DNA of 64,000 bases from Octopus sinensis (lineage: Eukaryota). Under the pieces are notes generated by a model. That model ran no database searches and was not told the DNA's origin. It worked only from the letters and a program-made list of their open reading frames with translations. The position numbers were made by a program, and so were the translations under genes. Location of the stretch: assembly GCF_006345805.1 (NCBI RefSeq), contig NC_043015.1:38750001-38814000 (forward strand). Reading direction: 5' to 3'. Positions 59,401-64,000 of the stretch are shown here, one piece after another. How positions within the stretch are numbered: the stretch's first letter is position 1; each line of letters begins with the position of its first letter.

Positions 59401-61357
59401 GTCATAGGATTGCGGTTTCAATTCCCAGCTTGCTGCCTTTGTGTGTAACAATATATCACAATACCAAATATAACCGTATAACAATAAGCAATGTAACAAC
59501 AAGAGTTGGTGATCTTATTATAACTGTTCGCACAGTAGCAATCCAATACTTCAACGCAGAGTTAACAACGAGGCTAACCCTCTCTCAGTTCCACCTCAGC
59601 TGTCTACTGGCTGATCTATTTGCAAGACTTGTCCAGTTCACTGACAGTCATGTGTCAGGGAGTTCACTCCACAACAGGTTTACAACTAAAAAAGGAATAA
59701 CACCTTGGTATAGAGAACTGGTGAGCTGGCAGAATTGTTAGCATGCCGGGTGAAATTTGTAGCGGTATTTCATCTGCCGCTACGTTCTGAGTTCAAATTC
59801 CACCGGGGTCGACTTTGCTTTTCATCATCCTTTCGGGGTTGATTAAATAAGTACCAGTTATGCACTGGGGTTGATATAATTGACTTAATCCGTTTGTCTG
59901 TCCTTGTTTGTCCCCTCTATGTTTAGCCCCTTGTGGGTAGTAAAGAAATAGGTATAGGAAATTTTATATAAAAAATGTCAAGAGTGAAAGTAATTTTACT
60001 TACCCCACCTAACCTGAATCGGACTTTGTTACCTGACGCAGCATCCAATAAATCTGCTTCAATGGGGTTAATGCACTGGAGCATGAGAGCAGGATTTCCA
60101 CAGTTTTTAAAATTTAGTATATCTTTATAGTATTTAAAAATTTGCTGATCCTGAATAACAAACAGTAAATAGATTATTAGTTTTCAGTTCTTTATTAGTA
60201 TTTTTATCCTTTTATAGGATTAGAAATAACAAATTACTCAAATTAAAGCATTAAAATCTGATAAAAATGGGATTTTAATCAGTAAAATGATACATATAAA
60301 AGTCAAAATTAAAATATTGAACAAGCTAAATTGAACTTTCAGCTGAAATAATATTGACTAATGGAGATACCAGAGGTACTAGAAATTCAGCATTACACCT
60401 GTATTAATGAATTTAACACAGAATACCTGAAGTTAAGTCAAGGTTTCTCTAAATTACTAAAATAATGTATTCATTGGTCAGTTGAAGCAGATGTACAAGT
60501 GAGCATGTAATGAATGCCTACAAGGATGATGGAGAGTCGAAGTACAATGTCCAAATCTTTACATCAGTAGAAAGAGAAGTGATAATAAGGTGTAGGAGTG
60601 GCTGTGTGGTAAGTAGCTTGCTTACCAACCAGATGGTTCCGGGTTCAGTCCCACTGTGTGACACCTTGGGCAAGTGTCTTCTACTATAGCCTCGGGCTGA
60701 CCAAAGCCTTGTGAGTGGATTTGGTAGACGGAAACTGAAAGAAGCCCATCATATATATGTGTGTGTATGTGTGTGTGTGTATATGTTTGTCCCCCCAACA
60801 TCGCTTGACAACCGATGCTGGTGTGTTTACGTCCCTGTAACTTAGCGGTTCGGCAAAAGATACCGATAAAATAAGTACCAGGCTTACAAAGAATAAGTCC
60901 TGGGGTCGATTTGCTCAACTAAAGGCGGTGTTCCAGCATGGCCACAATCAAATGACCCAAACAAGTAAAAGAGTAAAAGACATGCATGTGGCTAAGACGT
61001 CTCCCTGCTGGTTCAAGAGGGACAGACTTAAGCATAAGAAACAGTTTCATATTTTGGTCCTACATTGTCATATTTGAGAAGCCAAATGTCTTAAGTTTTG
61101 ACAATCCATTTACTCTATCACTGCTTTTTTAATGTCAGCTCACAGAACCTTTTCTTTTCACCAAGCATTCCTCATCCAACTTGTTCTCACTTATTACAAA
61201 ATAAAGCATTAATGCTAAAATTTCAGTCCATTTTCTATTGCAACACTTAAAATCTCAGTGTTATTATATACAAAAAAAGTACAAAACTTACAATAAAAGA
61301 ACGCCATTTTCTCTGTATCTTAGTTGCCGCTTCATCTAAATCGGGAAATGAATTCAT
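50571..61357 (-). CDS. C11orf65: C11orf65/MFI-like IQ-motif protein, ~258 aa
   Basis: complement(join(50571-50623,52493-52548,53181-53273,54113-54177,58144-58277,58633-58795,60004-60150,61292-61357)). Motifs AATKIQRKWRSF, INPIEADLLDAASG..RFRLGG, FPPNVYYKIYT, WYRRTENNGWR, LLDWVEALDFEGYIKDWK match the human C11orf65 sequence as I recall it; the last exon is tentative. Confidence 0.85.
51107..51322. mobile_element. Tc1/mariner-type MITE
   Basis: TA-bounded imperfect TIRs 'tatgagg...tgctgaaaagtccttgg' and 'ccaggaacttttcagtaccctcttgta'. Confidence 0.6.
52493..52548 (-). CDS. C11orf65: C11orf65-like exon 7
   Basis: YIKDWKFIGTTKSGTSIC; acceptor ttttcatttcag; donor position less certain. Confidence 0.75.
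53181..53273 (-). CDS. C11orf65: C11orf65-like exon 6
   Basis: YRGDFEKLSSEEDHCEANNLLDWVEALDFE. Confidence 0.85.
53497..53695. mobile_element. Short repeat with 5' inversion and minimal hammerhead variant (family E), flanked by (TA)n
   Basis: Minus strand 53528-53564: gu-CCGACGA-aug ggaa cgu-GAAA-CUCCGA-GUA-ac; sister copy at 36377-36514. Confidence 0.6.
53798..53833 (-). ncRNA. Minimal type I hammerhead variant (family B)
   Basis: cuuu-CUGUUGA-A-GAGC guag GCUC-GAAAU-GUA-aaag. Confidence 0.5.
54113..54177 (-). CDS. C11orf65: C11orf65-like exon 5
   Basis: LKRKQNAEQRKKLLQIEWKKK. Confidence 0.85.
54335..55050 (-). mobile_element. Old, degraded CR1/L2-like LINE 3' fragment
   Basis: Fragments 'WAEDSNTQFNTGKF', 'YSQLWLPH...LESIQ', 'IHTWKILEG'. 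Confidence 0.7.
55202..56791 (+). mobile_element. Decayed hAT-superfamily DNA transposon with nested MITE
   Basis: TIRs TAGGCCTCG/CGAGCCCTA; perfect 8-bp TSD GTATATAG (55194-55201, 56792-56799); transposase remnants 'KVRKISKLFRKSP' and 'LLDCRTRWNGTFHIIERFL'. Confidence 0.88.
56453..56708. mobile_element. GC-rich TIR MITE nested in the hAT remnant
   Basis: GGGTACTA...TAGTACCC; same family as 24135-24408. Confidence 0.85.
58144..58277 (-). CDS. C11orf65: C11orf65-like exon 4
   Basis: MSDWYRRTENNGWRLVS...FHPSK. Confidence 0.9.
58633..58795 (-). CDS. C11orf65: C11orf65-like exon 3
   Basis: SSFPPNVYYKIYTERNIIDVCAISPKNY. Confidence 0.9.
60004..60150 (-). CDS. C11orf65: C11orf65-like exon 2
   Basis: DQQIFKYYKDILNF...INPIEADLLDAASGNKVRFRLGG. 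Confidence 0.92.
61292..61357 (-). CDS. C11orf65: C11orf65-like first coding exon (IQ motif)
   Basis: MNSFPDLDEAATKIQRKWRSFI|GTAAGT; an acceptor ending at 61408 suggests an upstream 5'UTR exon. Confidence 0.85.
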
Positions 61358-64000
61358 TTTGTGTCATAACCACAATACGGTGGTTAGACTTGAAATTGTG
61401 AAAATGTCTACAAAAGAACATTTACAGATCTTAAATCACTCAGTCAAATACAAGGAGCAAACATCTCTGAATTTTACTTCATGGTAGAATGGTTACTTGA
61501 AGAAATAAGCAAATGAAAATATCTAAAGCATCTTATTTAGGTGAGTTAATTATCAAATGAGCTGATTGTTCCAAAAGCATATTAACCAGGGTAAAAATGG
61601 AATTGACAAAGTTCAGGGAGGATTCTTTATCCAAGTGAAGGGCAGATTATATGATGCTTGTGCCTGGGGAGCGATTATTGTATGGCAACGAAACACAAGC
61701 CTTGAGTGTGGTGGACGTGGTTGGAAAGACATGAAGCAAACATGTTCAAGTGGTTACGTAATGTCAGTGAATGAATGACAAGCTGGAAGGGAAGTTTGGG
61801 GTAAGAGGAATCGTCTGAAGTGTGCAATAGAAGAGACTGAGATAGTTGTGGACATGATCAAACCTCTCCCCACCCCGATCCCATTTTCCAAACACCTCCC
61901 CTCCCCCCCACATGTGCTCACTATCCCCTGTACTCCCCCTCCACATCCATCTCCCAATCTTTCCTGTTGAACCTCTTCGCCACACATCCCCCTAATAGCC
62001 CCTCCCCTTCACCTCCCACTCTCCTTTCGCAATCTTACTCTCATCTTCTCTCTCCTTTCTCTCCCTCTCCTGCTGAAGTTGCCGTGTATCTTCTTTACTG
62101 TAAGATGTCCGTTTCTGTTCCCCTGCCCCCTCATACGCCATTCATCAGGCACAAACCCACCTTCCTCAATACTAGACCCTCTTTCAGTTGAGGGGGTCTT
62201 GTCTTGTAAATTATTCTGTAACTTCCCTGCTGCTGGTGCCACATAAAAAAACTTCACAGAAGAGGAGACTTCCTAGGGCTGCTCCACATGGAAACCCCAT
62301 AAAACCACGACCACCCTGACCACTAGGGCAAGTGTCCTCTCCACATCGTCTACAGGCACATGTTTAGAGTAGGCCTGTTCACTCGCACCATTCTTGTCAC
62401 ATTCACCCACCTTTCAACAAAATTGCTGGGAGGCAGCACTTCTCTCTCGACCCTTACTTTCCTTTTCAAATGAAACTTGTAAAAGTTGATGAGGATTTGT
62501 CCAAAGAGGAAAGCTATCTCCTCAGCCCTTTCACTCTAGACTACCATACAACTCTTTTTGCTAAGGCCACCAGACAAAGAAACATTGTCTACCCTTAATA
62601 ATTTTTTCTGTTATAGGCACAAGGCCTGAAATTTGGGGGAGGGGGATAGTCTATTACATCGACCCCAGTGCGTAACTGGTACTTATTTAATCGACTCCGA
62701 AAGGATGAAAGGCAAAGTCGACCTCGGCGGAATTTGAACTCAGAACGTAGCGACGGTCGAAATACCTATTTCTTTACTACCCACAAGGGGCTAAACACAG
62801 AGGGGACAAATGGATTAAGTCGATTATATCGATCCCAGTGCGTAACTGGTACTTATTTAATCGATCCCGAAAGGATGAAAGGCAAAGTCGACCTCGGCGG
62901 AATTTGAACTCAGAACGTAGCAGCAGATGAAATACCGCTAAGCATTTCGTCCAGCGTGCTAACGATTCTGGCCACAGAATGAAGATGATGAGCTTGTTGT
63001 GTGCAGTGTTCAGGTGCACTCGTGGCGGTTAATTTAATGCGTGGATTCCATAATACGAAAGCACTTTGATTTACTGTAAATCATGCATATGAGTTTGGTG
63101 GTGGCCGATCTTTAGCCAAAAATTCTCTTTGCTAAACGTGCAATACAGCCTTCATTTGTTTCAAATTATTATTGCTATAACAATATCGTTGCATTTATTA
63201 ATGATTAATATTGCTAGAGCTGAGCATTGTTATCATTGATATCATTTATCTATTTTCAAAAATGCAAGAAACTCTTACGTTTGCAATAAAGTGTAAATGG
63301 TACGCCATAGTCCATGATCGCCCACAGAACGCGAAATGACGTAAAATGCCTGAATGGAAAATCTATCGCCAACATGTCTCAATAAAAACAGTCACCGTCT
63401 TAAGTAGTAACAACGGTAGCTGTGTTGTTATTAAGAGTTTGGGTCTACTGGACAGTCGACTGGGGATTCCGAGGCTAATTTTCATGCTGTGGTTTTCTTT
63501 CGATAAATACTATAACCCCCCCCCCCCCCACCGTGCTTTGCTTCGTCTGAGGTGGAATCGGGGTTTAATGCTGTTAAGTAGCCGCAGCCCAGTTGAGAAC
63601 ATTCTGCCTTTCCAAGGATATGAAGGACTAATTGATCAAATAAGTACTCTCGATATTCAAAACGGTAAGCTGAAAGAGATTTGGCTGCTATTTCTAGCTG
63701 GTCGAACAGCAAGGTAGACACTTCCTCCTTGAAAGAGAACATTCACGCCAACAGGACTTCGTGCCATCGCCTGTTTACATTTATTTTATAAGGGTAATTA
63801 AACGTGGCTGTAAGTACCATATCAAAGTGTTTCGGCTGGTTTTATGGTATCAAGTTGACAGGAGGAAACGAGGAGCCTCTAAGTGGTCGATCGACCTAGA
63901 AGAAATAACGGTTGTAGGGACATATTGCCCTCAAAACCTCACCCACCCTCGTAAAACGATACAGCAGTTTTATCTATATATATATACAAAAGGGTGGTAT

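Noticed and set aside
60590-60660. tRNA gene-like sequence
   Set aside because: It is the tRNA-derived head of a high-copy SINE with no complete cloverleaf

Overview
AT-rich, microsatellite-dense animal genomic DNA. The SINE/LINE repertoire points to an octopus (coleoid cephalopod); this is inferred. I reconstructed three spliced genes by hand with consistent intron phases. POFUT1 (+, 8 exons, 23520-39016, 387 aa) has a GC-AG intron 7 and no C-terminal KDEL-like signal. Aprataxin APTX (+, 6 exons, 41612-49600, 203 aa) lacks the FHA domain. A C11orf65/MFI-like IQ-motif gene (-, about 8 exons, 61357-50571) converges on APTX. Mobile DNA includes two near-identical CR1/L2-clade LINE copies, RTE LINE fragments, a decayed hAT transposon with a perfect 8-bp TSD and a nested MITE, several other MITE families and many SINEs. 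The most interesting unannotated signal is a set of non-coding repeats, mostly next to (TA)n tracts, that carry type I hammerhead ribozyme motifs with palindromic stem III. The best case is a ~540-bp tandem-plus-inverted array at 14131-15816 with one hammerhead per unit, the architecture of Penelope-like/non-LTR retrozyme elements. At least four other sequence-unrelated families carry variant hammerhead cores.
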